Part shown: in pieces, positions 14,875 to 30,510 of the stretch
Numbering within the stretch: the first letter of the stretch is position 1
Layout: the number at the start of each line of letters is the position of its first letter
DNA from: Eledone cirrhosa
Lineage: Eukaryota
Assembly (NCBI GenBank): GCA_964016885.1
Contig: OZ024740.1
Span: 10,540,001-10,604,000, forward strand
Direction of reading: 5' to 3'
DNA: 64,000 nucleotides
Program-made: the position numbers and the translations under genes
Notes under the pieces: model-generated
What the model was told of the DNA's origin: nothing
The model's database searches: none
Seen by the model: the letters and a program-made list of their open reading frames with translations, nothing else

Positions 14875-17800
14875 ACAGTAATAGGACTAGTAACTATAAC
14901 TAACACTGTCACTATAGTAACAGTAATAGGACTAGTAACTATAACTAACAGTGTCACTATAGTAACAACAATAGGACTAGTAACTATAACTAACAGTGTC
15001 ACTATAGTAACAACAATAGGACTAGTAACTATAACTAACACTGTCACTATAGTAACAACAATAGGACTAGTAACTATAACTAACACTGTCACTATAGTAA
15101 CAACAATAGGACTAGTAACTATAACTAACACTGTCACTATAGTAACAACAATAGGACTAGTAACTATAACTAACACTGTCACTATAGTAACAACAATAGG
15201 ACTAGTAACTATAACTAACACTGTCACTATAGTAACAACAATAGGACTAGTAACTATAACTAACTCTGTCACTATAGTAACAGTAATAGGACTAGTAACT
15301 ATAACTAACACTGTCACTATAGTAACAGTAATAGGACTAGTAACTATAACTAACACTGTCACTATAGTAACAGTAATAGGACTAGTAACTATAACTAACA
15401 CTGTCACTATAGTAACAGTAATAGGACTAGTAACTATAACTAACACTGTCACTATAGTAACAGTAATAGGACTAGTAACTATAACTAACACTGTCACTAT
15501 AGTAACGGTAATAGGACTAGTAACTATAACTAACACTGTCACTATAGTAACAGTAATAGGACTAGTAACTATAACTAACACTGTCACTATAGTAACAGTA
15601 ATAGGACTAGTAACTATAACTAACACTGTCACTATAGTAACAGTAATAGGACTAGTAACTATAACTAACAGTGTCACTATAGTAACAGTAATAGGACTAG
15701 TAACTATAACTAACAGTGTCACTATAGTAACAGTAATAGGACTAGTAACTATAACTAACACTGTCACTATAGTAACAACAATAGAACTAGTAACTATAAC
15801 GAACACTGTCACTATAGTAACAACAATAGGACTAGTAACTATAACTAACAGTGTCACTATAGTAACAACAATAGGACTAGTAACTATAACTAACACTGTC
15901 ACTATAGTAACAACAATAGGACTAGTAACTATAACTAACACTGTCACTATAGTAACAGTAATAGGACTAGTAACTATAACTAACAGTGTCACTATAGTAA
16001 CAACAATAGGACTAGTAACTATAACTAACACTGTCACTATAGTAACAACAATAGGACTAGTAACTATAACTAACACTGTCACTATAGTAACAACAATAGG
16101 ACTAGTAACTATAACTAACAGTGTCACTATAGTAACAACAATAGGACTAGTAACTATAACTAACACTGTCACTATAGTAACAACAATAGGACTAGTAACT
16201 ATAACTAAGAGTGTCACTATAGTAACAACAATAGGACTAGTAACTATAACTAACACTGTCACTATAGTAACAGTAATAGGACTAGTAACTATAACTAACA
16301 CTGTCACTATAGTAACAACAATAGGACTAGTAACTATAACTAACACTGTCACTATAGTAACAGTAATAGGACTAGTAACTATAACTAACACTGTCACTAT
16401 AGTAACAGTAATAGGACTAGTAACTATAACTAACAGTGTCACTATAGTAACAGTAATAGGACTAGTAACTATAACTAACACTGTCACTATAGTAACAACA
16501 ATAGGACTAGTAACTATAACTAACACTGTCACTATAGTAACAGTAATAGGACTAGTAACTATAACTAACACTGTCACTATAGTAACAGTAATAGGACTAG
16601 TAACTATAACTAACACTGTCACTATAGTAACAACAATAGGACTAGTAACTATAACTAACACTGTCACTATAGTAACAGTAATAGGACTAGTAACTATAAC
16701 TAACACTGTCACTATAGTAACAGTAATAGGACTAGTAACTATAACTAACAGTGTCACTATAGTAACAGTAATAGGACTAGTAACTATAACTAACACTGTC
16801 ACTATAGTAACAACAATAGGACTAGTAACTATAACTAACACTGTCACTATAGTAACAACAATAGGACTAGTAACTATAACTAACACTGTCACTATAGTAA
16901 CAGTAATAGGACTAGTAACTATAACTAACACTGTCACTATAGTAACAGTAATAGGACTAGTAACTATAACTAACACTGTCACTATAGTAACAACAATAGG
17001 ACTAGTAACTATAACTAACACTGTCACTATAGAAACAGTAATAGGACTAGTAACTATAACTAACACTGTCACTATAGTAACAGTAATAGGACTAGTAACT
17101 ATAACTAACACTGTCACTATAGTAACAACAATAGGACTAGTAACTATAACTAACACTGTCACTATAGTAACAGTAATAGGACTAGTAACTATAACTAACA
17201 GTCACTATAGTAACAGTAATAGGACTAGTAACTATAACTAACAGTGTCACTATAGTTACAGTAATAGGACTAGTAACTATAACTAACACTGTCACTATAG
17301 TAACAGTAATAGGACTAGTAACTATAACTAACCGTGTCACTATAGTAACAGTAATAGGACTAGTAACTATAACTAACAGTGTCACTATAGTTACAGTAAT
17401 AGGACTAGTAACTATAACTAACAGTGTCACTATAGTTACAGTAATAGGACTAGTAACTATAACTAACACTGTCACTATAGTAACAGTAATAGGACTAGTA
17501 ACTATAACTAACAATGTCACTATAGTAACAGTAATAGGACTAGTAACTATAACTAACACTGTCACTATAGTAACAGTAATAGGACTAGTAACTATAACTA
17601 ACAGTGTCACTATAGTAACAGTAATAGGACTAGTAACTATAACTAACACTGTCACTATAGTAACAGTAATAGGACTAGTAACTATAACTAACAGTGTCAC
17701 TATAGTAACAACAATAGGACTAGTAACTATAACTAACACTGTCACTATAGTAACAACAATAGGACTAGTAACTATAACAATCAGTGTCACTATAGTAACA

Positions 17801-20800
17801 GTAATAGGACTAGTAACTATAACTAACACTGTCACTATAGTAACAGTAATAGGACTAGTAACTATAACTAACACTGTCACTATAGTAACAACAATAGGAC
17901 TAGTAACTATAACGAACAGTGTCACTATAGTAACAGTAATAGGACTAGTAACTATAACTAACACTGTCACTATAGTAACAGTAATAGGACTAGTAACTAT
18001 AACTAACAGTGTCACTATAGTAACAGTAATAGGACTAGTAACTATAACTAACACTGTCACTATAGTAACAACAATAGTACTAGTAACTATAACTAACACT
18101 GTCACTATAGTAACAACAATAGGACTAGTAACTATAACTAACACTGTCACTATAGTAACAGTAATAGGACTAGTAACTATAACTAACACTGTCACTATAG
18201 TAACAACAATAGGACTAGTAACTATAACTAACACTGTCACTATAGTAACAGTAATAGGACTAGTAACTATAACTAACACTGTCACTATAGTAACAACAAT
18301 AGGACTAGTAACTATAACTAACACTGTCACTATAGTAACAGCAATAGGATTAGTAACTATAACTAACACTGTCACTATAGTAACAACAATAGGACTAGTA
18401 ACTATAACTAACACTGTCACTATAGTAACAGTAATAGGACTAGTAACTATAACTAACAGTGTCACTATAGTAACAGTAATAGGACTAGTAACTATAACTA
18501 ACAGTGTCACTATAGTAACAGTAATAGGACTAGTAACTATAACTAACACTGTCACTATAGTAACAGTAATTGGACTAGTAACTATAACTAACACTGTCAC
18601 TATAGTAACAGTAATAGGACTAGTAACTATAACTAACACTGTCACTATAGTAACAACAATAGGACTAGTAACTATAACTGACACTGTCACTATAGTAACA
18701 GTAATAGAACTAGTAACTATAACTAACAGTGTCACTATAGTAACAGTAATAGGACTAGTAACTATAACTAACATTGTCACTATAGTAACAGTAATAGGAC
18801 TAGTAACTATAACTGACACTGTCACTATAGTAACAACAATAGGACTAGTAACTATAACTAACAGTGTCACTATAGTAACAGTAATAGGACTAGTAACTAT
18901 AACTAACACTGTCACTATAGTAACAACAATAGGACTAGCAACTATAACTAACACTGTCACTATAGTAACAACAATAGGACTAGTAACTATAACTAACAGT
19001 GTCACTATAGTTACAGTAATAGGACTAGTAACTATAACTAACACTGTCACTATAGTAACAACAATAGGACTAGTAACTATAACTAACAGTGTCACTATAG
19101 TAACAGTAATAGGACTAGTAACTATAACTAACAGTGTCACTATAGTAACAGTAATAGGACTAGTAACTATAACTAACAGTGTCACTATAGTAACAGTAAT
19201 AGGACTAGTAACTATAACTAACACTGTCACTATAGTAACAGTAATAGGACTAGTAACTATAACTAACACTGTCACTATAGTAACAACAATAGGACTAGTA
19301 ACTATAACTAACACTGTCACTATAGTAACAGCAATAGGATTAGTAACTATAACTAACACTGTCACTATAGTAACAACAATAGGACTAGTAACTATAACTA
19401 ACACTGTCACTATAGTAACAGTAATAGGACTAGTAACTATAACTAACACTGTCACTATAGTAACAACAATAGGACTAGTAACTATAACTAACACTGTCAC
19501 TATAGTAACAGTAATAGGACTAGTAACTATAACTAACAGTGTCACTATAGTAACAGTAATAGGACTAGTAACTATAACTAACACTGTCACTATAGTAACA
19601 GTAATTGGACTAGTAACTATAACTAACACTGTCACTATAGTAACACTAATAGGACTAGTAACTATAACTAACACTGTCACTATAGTAACAACAATAGGAC
19701 TAGTAACTATAACTGACACTGTCACTATAGTAACAGTAATAGAACTAGTAACTATAACTAACAGTGTCACTATAGTAACAGTAATAGGACTAGTAACTAT
19801 AACTAACATTGTCACTATAGTAACAGTAATAGGACTAGTAACTATAACTGACACTGTCACTATAGTAACAACAATAGGACTAGTAACTATAACTAACAGT
19901 GTCACTATAGTAACAGTAATAGGACTAGTAACTATAACTAACACTGTCACTATAGTAACAACAATAGGACTAGCAACTATAACTAACACTGTCACTATAG
20001 TAACAACAATAGGACTAGTAACTATAACTAACAGTGTCACTATAGTTACAGTAATAGGACTAGTAACTATAACTAACACTGTCACTATAGTAACAACAAT
20101 AGGACTAGTAACTATAACTAACAGTGTCACTATAGTAACAGTAATAGGACTAGTAACTATAACTAACAGTGTCACTATAGTAACAGTAATAGGACTAGTA
20201 ACTATAACTAACAGTGTCACTATAGTAACAGTAATAGGACTAGTAACTATAACTAACACTGTCACTATAGTAACAGTAATAGGACTAGTAACTATAACTA
20301 ACACTGTCACTATAGTAACAACAATAGGACTAGTAACTATAACTAACACTGTCACTATAGTAACAGCAATAGGATTAGTAACTATAACTAACACTGTCAC
20401 TATAGTAACAACAATAGGACTAGTAACTATAACTAACACTGTCACTATAGTAACAGTAATAGGACTAGTAACTATAACTAACACTGTCACTATAGTAACA
20501 ACAATAGGACTAGTAACTATAACTAACACTGTCACTATAGTAACAGTAATAGGACTAGTAACTATAACTAACACTGTCACTATAGTAACAGTAATAGGAC
20601 TAGTAACTATAACTAACAGTGTCACTATAGTAACAGTAATAGGACTAGTAACTATAACTAACACTGTCACTATAGTAACAACAATAGGACTAGTAACTAT
20701 AACTAACACTGTCACTATAGTAACAGTAATAGGACTAGTAACTATAACTAACACTGTCACTATAGTAACAGTAATAGGACTAGTAACTATAACTAACACT

Positions 20801-23800
20801 GTCACTATAGTAACAACAATAGGACTAGTAACTATAACTAACACTGTCACTATAGTAACAGTAATAGGACTAGTAACTATAACTAACAGTGTCACTATAG
20901 TAACAGTAATAGGACTAGTAACTATAACTAACACTGTCACTATAGTAACAACAATAGGACTAGTAACTATAACTAACACTGTCAATATAGTAACAACAAT
21001 AGGACTAGTAACTATAACTAACACTGTCACTATAGTAACAGTAATAGGACTAGTAACTATAACTAACACTGTCACTATAGTAACAGTAATAGGACTAGTA
21101 ACTATAACTAACACTGTCACTATAGTAACAACAATAGGACTAGTAACTATAACTAACACTGTCACTATAGAAACAACAATAGGACTAGTAACTATAACGA
21201 ACAGTGTCACTATAGTAACAGTAATAGGACTAGTAACTATAACTAACACTGTCACTATAGTAACAGTAATAGGACTAGTAACTATAACTAACAGTGTCAC
21301 TATAGTAACAGTAATAGGACTAGTAACTATAACTAACACTGTCACTATAGTAACAACAATAGTACTAGTAACTATAACTAACACTGTCACTATAGTAACA
21401 ACAATAGGACTAGTAACTATAACTAACACTGTCACTATAGTAACAACAATAGGACTAGTAACTATAACGAACAGTGTCACTATAGTAACAGTAATAGGAC
21501 TAGTAACTATAACTAACACTGTCACTATAGTAACAGTAATAGGACTAGTAACTATAACTAACAGTGTCACTATAGTAACAGTAATAGGACTAGTAACTAT
21601 AACTAACACTGTCACTATAGTAACAACAATAGTACTAGTAACTATAACTAACACTGTCACTATAGTAACAACAATAGGACTAGTAACTATAACTAACACT
21701 GTCACTATAGTAACAGTAATAGGACTAGTAACTATAACTAACACTGTCACTATAGTAACAACAATAGGACTAGTAACTATAACTAACACTGTCACTATAG
21801 TAACAGTAATAGGACTAGTAACTATAACTAACACTGTCACTATAGTAACAACAATAGGACTAGTAACTATAACTAACACTGTCACTATAGTAACAGCAAT
21901 AGGATTAGTAACTATAACTAACACTGTCACTATAGTAACAACAATAGGACTAGTAACTATAACTAACACTGTCACTATAGTAACAGTAATAGGACTAGTA
22001 ACTATAACTAACAGTGTCACTATAGTAACAGTAATAGGACTAGTAACTATAACTAACAGTGTCACTATAGTAACAGTAATAGGACTAGTAACTATAACTA
22101 ACACTGTCACTATAGTAACAGTAATTGGACTAGTAACTATAACTAACACTGTCACTATAGTAACAGTAATAGGACTAGTAACTATAACTAACACTGTCAC
22201 TATAGTAACAACAATAGGACTAGTAACTATAACTGACACTGTCACTATAGTAACAGTAATAGAACTAGTAACTATAACTAACAGTGTCACTATAGTAACA
22301 GTAATAGGACTAGTAACTATAACTAACATTGTCACTATAGTAACAGTAATAGGACTAGTAACTATAACTGACACTGTCACTATAGTAACAACAATAGGAC
22401 TAGTAACTATAACTAACAGTGTCACTATAGTAACAGTAATAGGACTAGTAACTATAACTAACACTGTCACTATAGTAACAACAATAGGACTAGCAACTAT
22501 AACTAACACTGTCACTATAGTAACAACAATAGGACTAGTAACTATAACTAACAGTGTCACTATAGTTACAGTAATAGGACTAGTAACTATAACTAACACT
22601 GTCACTATAGTAACAACAATAGGACTAGTAACTATAACTAACAGTGTCACTATAGTAACAGTAATAGGACTAGTAACTATAACTAACACTGTCACTATAG
22701 TAACAGTAATAGGACTAGTAACTATAACTAACACTGTCACTATAGTAACAACAATAGGACTAGTAACTATAACTAACACTGTCACTATAGTAACAGCAAT
22801 AGGATTAGTAACTATAACTAACACTGTCACTATAGTAACAACAATAGGACTAGTAACTATAACTAACACTGTCACTATAGTAACAGTAATAGGACTAGTA
22901 ACTATAACTAACACTGTCACTATAGTAACAACAATAGGACTAGTAACTATAACTAACACTGTCACTATAGTAACAGTAATAGGACTAGTAACTATAACTA
23001 ACACTGTCACTATAGTAACAGTAATAGGACTAGTAACTATAACTAACAGTGTCACTATAGTAACAGTAATAGGACTAGTAACTATAACTAACACTGTCAC
23101 TATAGTAACAACAATAGGACTAGTAACTATAACTAACACTGTCACTATAGTAACAGTAATAGGACTAGTAACTATAACTAACACTGTCACTATAGTAACA
23201 GTAATAGGACTAGTAACTATAACTAACACTGTCACTATAGTAACAACAATAGGACTAGTAACTATAACTAACACTGTCACTATAGTAACAGTAATAGGAC
23301 TAGTAACTATAACTAACACTGTCACTATAGTAACAGTAATAGGACTAGTAACTATAACTAACAGTGTCACTATAGTAACAGTAATAGGACTAGTAACTAT
23401 AACTAACACTGTCACTATAGTAACAACAATAGGACTAGTAACTATAACTAACACTGTCACTATAGTAACAACAATAGGACTAGTAACTATAACTAACAGT
23501 GTCACTATAGTTACAGTAATAGGACTAGTAACTATAACTAACACTGTCACTATAGTAACAACAATAGGACTAGTAACTATAACTAACAGTGTCACTATAG
23601 TAACAGTAATAGGACTAGTAACTATAACTAACAGTGTCACTATAGTAACAGTAATAGGACTAGTAACTATAACTAACAGTGTCACTATAGTAACAGTAAT
23701 AGGACTAGTAACTATAACTAACACTGTCACTATAGTAACAGTAATAGGACTAGTAACTATAACTAACACTGTCACTATAGTAACAACAATAGGACTAGTA

Positions 23801-26800
23801 ACTATAACTAACACTGTCACTATAGTAACAGCAATAGGATTAGTAACTATAACTAACACTGTCACTATAGTAACAACAATAGGACTAGTAACTATAACTA
23901 ACACTGTCACTATAGTAACAGTAATAGGACTAGTAACTATAACTAACACTGTCACTATAGTAACAACAATAGGACTAGTAACTATAACTAACACTGTCAC
24001 TATAGTAACAGTAATAGGACTAGTAACTATAACTAACACTGTCACTATAGTAACAGTAATAGGACTAGTAACTATAACTAACAGTGTCACTATAGTAACA
24101 GTAATAGGACTAGTAACTATAACTAACACTGTCACTATAGTAACAACAATAGGACTAGTAACTATAACTAACACTGTCACTATAGTAACAGTAATAGGAC
24201 TAGTAACTATAACTAACACTGTCACTATAGTAACAGTAATAGGACTAGTAACTATAACTAACACTGTCACTATAGTAACAACAATAGGACTAGTAACTAT
24301 AACTAACACTGTCACTATAGTAACAGTAATAGGACTAGTAACTATAACTAACACTGTCACTATAGTAACAGTAATAGGACTAGTAACTATAACTAACAGT
24401 GTCACTATAGTAACAGTAATAGGACTAGTAACTATAACTAACACTGTCACTATAGTAACAACAATAGGACTAGTAACTATAACTAACACTGTCACTATAG
24501 TAACAACAATAGGACTAGTAACTATAACTAACACTGTCACTATAGTAACAGTAATAGGACTAGTAACTATAACTAACACTGTCACTATAGTAACAGTAAT
24601 AGGACTAGTAACTATAACTAACACTGTCACTATAGTAACAACAATAGGACTAGTAACTATAACTAACACTGTCACTATAGTAACAGTAATAGGACTAGTA
24701 ACTATAACTAACACTGTCACTATAGTAACAGTAATAGGACTAGTAACTATAACTAACACTGTCACTATAGTAACAACAATAGGACTAGTAACTATAACTA
24801 ACACTGTCACTATAGTAACAGTAATAGGACTAGTAACTATAACTAACAGTCACTATAGTAACAGTAATAGGACTAGTAACTATAACTAACAGTGTCACTA
24901 TAGTTACAGTAATAGGACTAGTAACTATAACTAACACTGTCACTATAGTAACAGTAATAGGACTAGTAACTATAACTAACCGTGTCACTATAGTAACAGT
25001 AATAGGACTAGTAACTATAACTAACAGTGTCACTATAGTTACAGTAATAGGACTAGTAACTATAACTAACAGTGTCACTATAGTTACAGTAATAGGACTA
25101 GTAACTATAACTAACACTGTCACTATAGTAACAGTAATAGGACTAGTAACTATAACTAACAATGTCACTATAGTAACAGTAATAGGACTAGTAACTATAA
25201 CTAACAGTGTCACTATAGTTACAGTAATAGGACTAGTAACTATAACTAACAGTGTCACTATAGTTACAGTAATAGGACTAGTAACTATAACTAACACTGT
25301 CACTATAGTAACAGTAATAGGACTAGTAACTATAACTAACAATGTCACTATAGTAACAGTAATAGGACTAGTAACTATAACTAACAGTGTCACTATAGTT
25401 ACAGTAATAGGACTAGTAACTATAACTAACACTGTCACTATAGTAACAGTAATAGGACTAGTAACTATAACTAACAGTGTCACTATAGTAACAACAATAG
25501 GACTAGTAACTATAACTAACACTGTCACTATAGTAACAACAATAGGACTAGTAACTATAACTAACAGTGTCACTATAGTAACAGTAATAGGACTAGTAAC
25601 TATAACTAACAGTGTCACTATAGTTACAGTAATAGGACTAGTAACTATAACTAACAGTGTCACTATAGTTACAGTAATAGGACTAGTAACTATAACTAAC
25701 ACTGTCACTATAGTAACAGTAATAGGACTAGTAACTATAACTAACAGTGTCACTATAGTAACAGTAATAGGACTAGTAACTATAACTAACAGTGTCACTA
25801 TAGTAACAGTAATAGGACTAGTAACTATAACTAACAGTGTCACTATAGTTACAGTAATAGGACTAGTAACTATAACTAACAGTGTCACTCTAGTAACAGT
25901 AATAGGACTAGTAACTATAACTAACACTGTCACTATAGTAACAGTAATAGGACTAGTAACTATAACTAACACTGTCACTATAGTAACAACAATAGGACTA
26001 GTAACTATAACTAACAGTGTCACTATAGTAACAGTAATAGGACTAGTAACTATAACTAACACTGTCACTATAGTAACAGTAATAGGACTAGTAACTATAA
26101 CTAACACTGTCACTATAGTAACAACAATAGGACTAGTAACTATAACTAACACTGTCACTATAGTAACAACAATAGGACTAGTAACTATAACTAACACTGT
26201 CACTATAGTAACAGTAATAGGACTAGTAACTATAACTAACACTGTCACTATAGTAACAACAATAGGACTAGTAACTATAACTAACACTGTCACTATAGTA
26301 ACAGTAATAGGACTAGTAACTATAACTAACACTGTCACTATAGTAACAGTAATAGGACTAGTAACTATAACTAACAGTGTCACTATAGTAACAGTAATTG
26401 GACTAGTAACTATAACTAACACTGTCACTATAGTAACAACAATAGGACTAGTAACTATAACTAACACTGTCACTATAGTAACAGTAATAGGACTAGTAAC
26501 TATAACTAACATTGTCACTATAGTAACAGTAATAGGACTAGTAACTATAACTGACACTGTCACTATAGTAACAACAATAGGACTAGTAACTATAACTAAC
26601 AGTGTCACTATAGTAACAGTAATAGGACTAGTAACTATAACTAACACTGTCACTATAGTAACAACAATAGGACTAGCAACTATAACTAACACTGTCACTA
26701 TAGTAACAACAATAGGACTAGTAACTATAACTAACAGTGTCACTATAGTTACAGTAATAGGACTAGTAACTATAACTAACACTGTCACTATAGTAACAAC

Positions 26801-29341
26801 AATAGGACTAGTAACTATAACTAACAGTGTCACTATAGTAACAGTAATAGGACTAGTAACTATAACTAACAGTGTCACTATAGTAACAGTAATAGGACTA
26901 GTAACTATAACTAACAGTGTCACTATAGTAACAGTAATAGGACTAGTAACTATAACTAACACTGTCACTATAGTAACAGTAATAGGACTAGTAACTATAA
27001 CTAACACTGTCACTATAGTTACAGTAATAGGACTAGTAACTATAACTGACATTGTCACTATAGTAACAGTAATAGGACTAGTAACTATAACTAACACTGT
27101 CACTATAGTAACAGTAATAGGACTAGTAACTATAACTAACAATGTCACTATAGTAACAGTAATAGGACTAGTAACTATATCTAACACTGTCACTATAGTA
27201 ACAACAATAGGACTAGTCACTATAACTAACACTGTCACTATAGTAACAGTAATAGGACTAGTAACTATAACTAACACTGTCACTATAGTAACAGTAATAG
27301 GACTAGTAACTATAACTAACAATGTCACTATAGTAACAGTAATAGGACTAGTAACTATAACTAACACTGTCACTATAGTAACAGTAATTGGACTAGTAAC
27401 TATAACTAACAATGTCACTATAGTAACAGTAATAGGACTAGTAACTATAACTAACAATGTCACTATAGTAACAACAATAGGACTAGTAACTATATCTAAC
27501 ACTGTCACTATAGTAACAGTAATAAAACTAGTAACTATAACTAACAGTGTCACTATAGTAACAGTAATAGGACTAGTAACTATAACTAACAATGTCACTA
27601 TAGTAACAGTAATAGGACTAGTAACTATAACTAACAGTGTCACTATAGTAACAGTAATAGGACTAGTAACTATAACTAACAATGTCACTATAGTAACAGT
27701 AATAGGACTAGTAACTATAACTAACACTGTCACTATAGTAACAGTAATAGGACTAGTAACTATAACTAACAGTGTCACTATAGTAACAGTAATAGGACTA
27801 GTAACTATATCTAACACTGTCACTATAGTAACAACAATAGGACTAGTAACTATATCTAACACTGTCACTATAGTAACAGTAATAAAACTAGTAACTATAA
27901 CTAACAGTGTCACTATAGTAACAGTAATAGGACTAGTAACTATAACTAACAGTGTCACTATAGTAACAGTAATAGGACTAGTAACTATAACTAACACTGT
28001 CACTATAGTAACAGTAATAGGACTAGTAACTATAACTAACAGTGTCACTATAGTAACAGTAATAGGACTAGTAACTATAACTAACACTGTCCCTATAGTA
28101 ACAACAATAGGACTAGTAACTATAACTAACAGTGTCACTATAGTAACAACAATAGGACTAGTAACTATAACTAACAGTGTCACTATAGTAACAACAATAG
28201 GACTAGTAACTATAACTAACAGTGTCACTATAGTAACAGTAATAGGACTAGTAACTATAACTAACAGTGTCACTATAGTAACAACAATAGGACTAGTAAC
28301 TATAACTAACACTGTCACTATAGTAACAACAATAGGACTAGTAACTATAACTAACAGTGTCACTATAGTAACAACAATAGGACTAGTAACTATAACTAAC
28401 AGTGTCACTATAGTAACAGTAATAGGACTAGTAACTATAACTAACAGTGTCACTATAGTAACAACAATAGGACTAGTAACTATAACTAACACTGTCACTA
28501 TAGTAACAACAATAGGACTAGTAACTATAACTAACAGTGTCACTATAGTAACAACAATAGGACTAGTAACTATAACTAACAGTGTCACTATAGTAACAAC
28601 AATAGGACTAGTAACTATAACTAACAGTGTCACTATAGTAACAACAATAGGACTAGTAACTATAACTAACAGTGTCACTATAGTAACAACAATAGGACTA
28701 GTAACTATAACTAACAGTGTCACTATAGTAACAACAATAGGACTAGTAACTATAACTAACAGTGTCACTATAGTAACAACAATAGGACTAGTAACTATAA
28801 CTAACAGTGTCACTATAGTAACAGTAATAGGGCTAGTAACTATAACTAACAGTGTCACTATAGTAACAACAATAGGACTAGTAACTATAACTAACAGTGT
28901 CACTATAGTAACAGTAATAGGGCTAGTAACTATAACTAACAGTGTCACTATAGTAACAACAATAGGACTAGTAACTATAACTAACAGTGTCACTATAGTA
29001 ACAACAATAGGACTAGTAACTATAACTAACAGTGTCACTATAGTAACAACAATAGGACTAGTAACTATAACTAACAGTGTCACTATAGTAACAGTAATAG
29101 GGCTAGTAACTATAACTAACAGTGTCACTATAGTAACAACAATAGGACTAGTAACTATAACTAACAGTGTCACTATAGTAACAGTAATAGGGCTAGTAAC
29201 TATAACTAACAGTGTCACTATAGTAACAACAATAGGACTAGTAACTATAACTAACAGTGTCACTATAGTAACAACAATAGGACTAGTAACTATAACTAAC
29301 AGTGTCACTATAGTAACAACAATAGGACTAGTAACTATAAC
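14875..29341. repeat. Tandem array B: 45-bp satellite AGTAACA[GT/AC]AATAGGACTAGTAACTATAACTAACA[C/G]TGTCACTAT, ~320 copies
   Basis: Near-perfect 45-bp periodicity over ~14.5 kb; 2-bp deletion monomers at ~17200 and ~24848. Confidence 0.98.
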
Positions 29342-29745
29342 AGGATTACTGGATTGTATTAATATAACAGGAGACTCAGTTGTGTGTATAAAGTTTAATT
29401 CACAAGTTGAAGTTATGTAGAATAGAATAGTTGACATGTCCATTGGTATATGAAAGAATGAAGTAAAGTTATTTGTTACTGTTTTGAAGTGAGCTCGCAA
29501 GAGACCATGTTCAGGGTTGCCAGAGAGTAGAGCCTCGGCGAACGCGAGCCAGGCCGAAGACCCCTGGCCGAAGGGCCAGGTTAGTTAGAAGAGAGTGAGA
29601 TCGCTCTGAGCTATCCCTTTTATAGAGTCCCCGGACGGAAGTGACAAAAAGTGTTCTGCCACCCCAACGGGAAGTAACTCCAGCTACTTCCTGTATAAAG
29701 AGCGGTGATGTGATTGTCATAACAAGGGAGGCAACTCTTGCTACA
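29336..29745 (-). mobile_element. Solo LTR-like insertion (~410 bp) in the last satellite B monomer
   Basis: Minus-strand start TGTAGC; other end TATAAC (one mismatch from TGTAAC); TAAC duplicated at 29332-29335 and 29746-29749; minus-strand TATAAAAGGG at ~29615-29624; removing it restores an intact monomer. Confidence 0.65.
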
Positions 29746-29919
29746 TAACTATAACTAACACTGTCACTATAGTAACAACACCAGCACAACTACTACAGTA
29801 GTAACTACACCACAACACCACCACAACACCACTACTACTACTACTGCTACTACTACTACTAGTACTACCACCACCATATTGCTACTACTACTACTAGACA
29901 ATAAGAATAACAACAATAA

Positions 29920-30105
29920 CAATGGTTTGTGGCACAAGGCCAGCGATTTGGGAGCCGGAGAAAGTGGATTAAATCAATCCCAGTTTGTTACTGGTACTTT
30001 ATTTTCTCAACCTCGTAAGGATGGAAGGAGAAGCTAACCTCGGCATGATTTTAACTCTGAACGTAAAGGGCCGTAACTATATGCCATAAAGCCTGTTGTC
30101 CAGGC
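29920..30105 (-). mobile_element. SINE family 1, diverged
   Basis: Reverse complement of the family 1 body (GGCACAAGG..CTGGTACTTTATTTT..AAGGATG..AACCTCGGC). Confidence 0.75.
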
Positions 30106-30510
30106 ATTTTGTTTACTTTTCTAAGATCAATCATGGATTATCTGCGAACTGATTATCGATTTTATCAAAATTGATTAACGATTTTATATAAGTCAATTAT
30201 CGATTTCAATGACTGATCATCGATTTTCTACAGATTAATGATTGATTTTCTACGATCGGTGATCGACTTTACATAAATTTGTCAACAATAATCTACGTCC
30301 GATTATCGATTTTCACACAGATGCATCATCAAAACCGTTCGACAGATCATCGATAATTGATTTCATACGGATCAATCATCTATTTTCGACTTATCGATTA
30401 TCGATTTCCTAGTTAACAATTATCAATTTTTCTCAACCAATCCTCGATTTACCCAGCACGACATTGGATTTTAGACAGCTCCATTATAACCTTTTAATAA
30501 GTGACAATAC

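Noticed and set aside
7503-14881. ORFs up to ~2430 aa (Asn-, Ile/Val- or Leu-rich)
   Set aside because: Open on both strands only because the triplet-based repeat lacks stops in those frames; no unique domain or splice context.
14875-29341. CRISPR-like array or vector motifs (CACTATAG as in T7/SP6 promoters, TAACTATAAC as in the I-CeuI site)
   Set aside because: No unique spacers or cas genes; matches are only 8-10 bp within a natural satellite.
14856-29500. Mucin-like VTSPITVTIVT ORFs of 768-2542 aa
   Set aside because: Translations of the 45-bp satellite, broken by 2-bp deletions and with non-ATG or LTR-derived starts.
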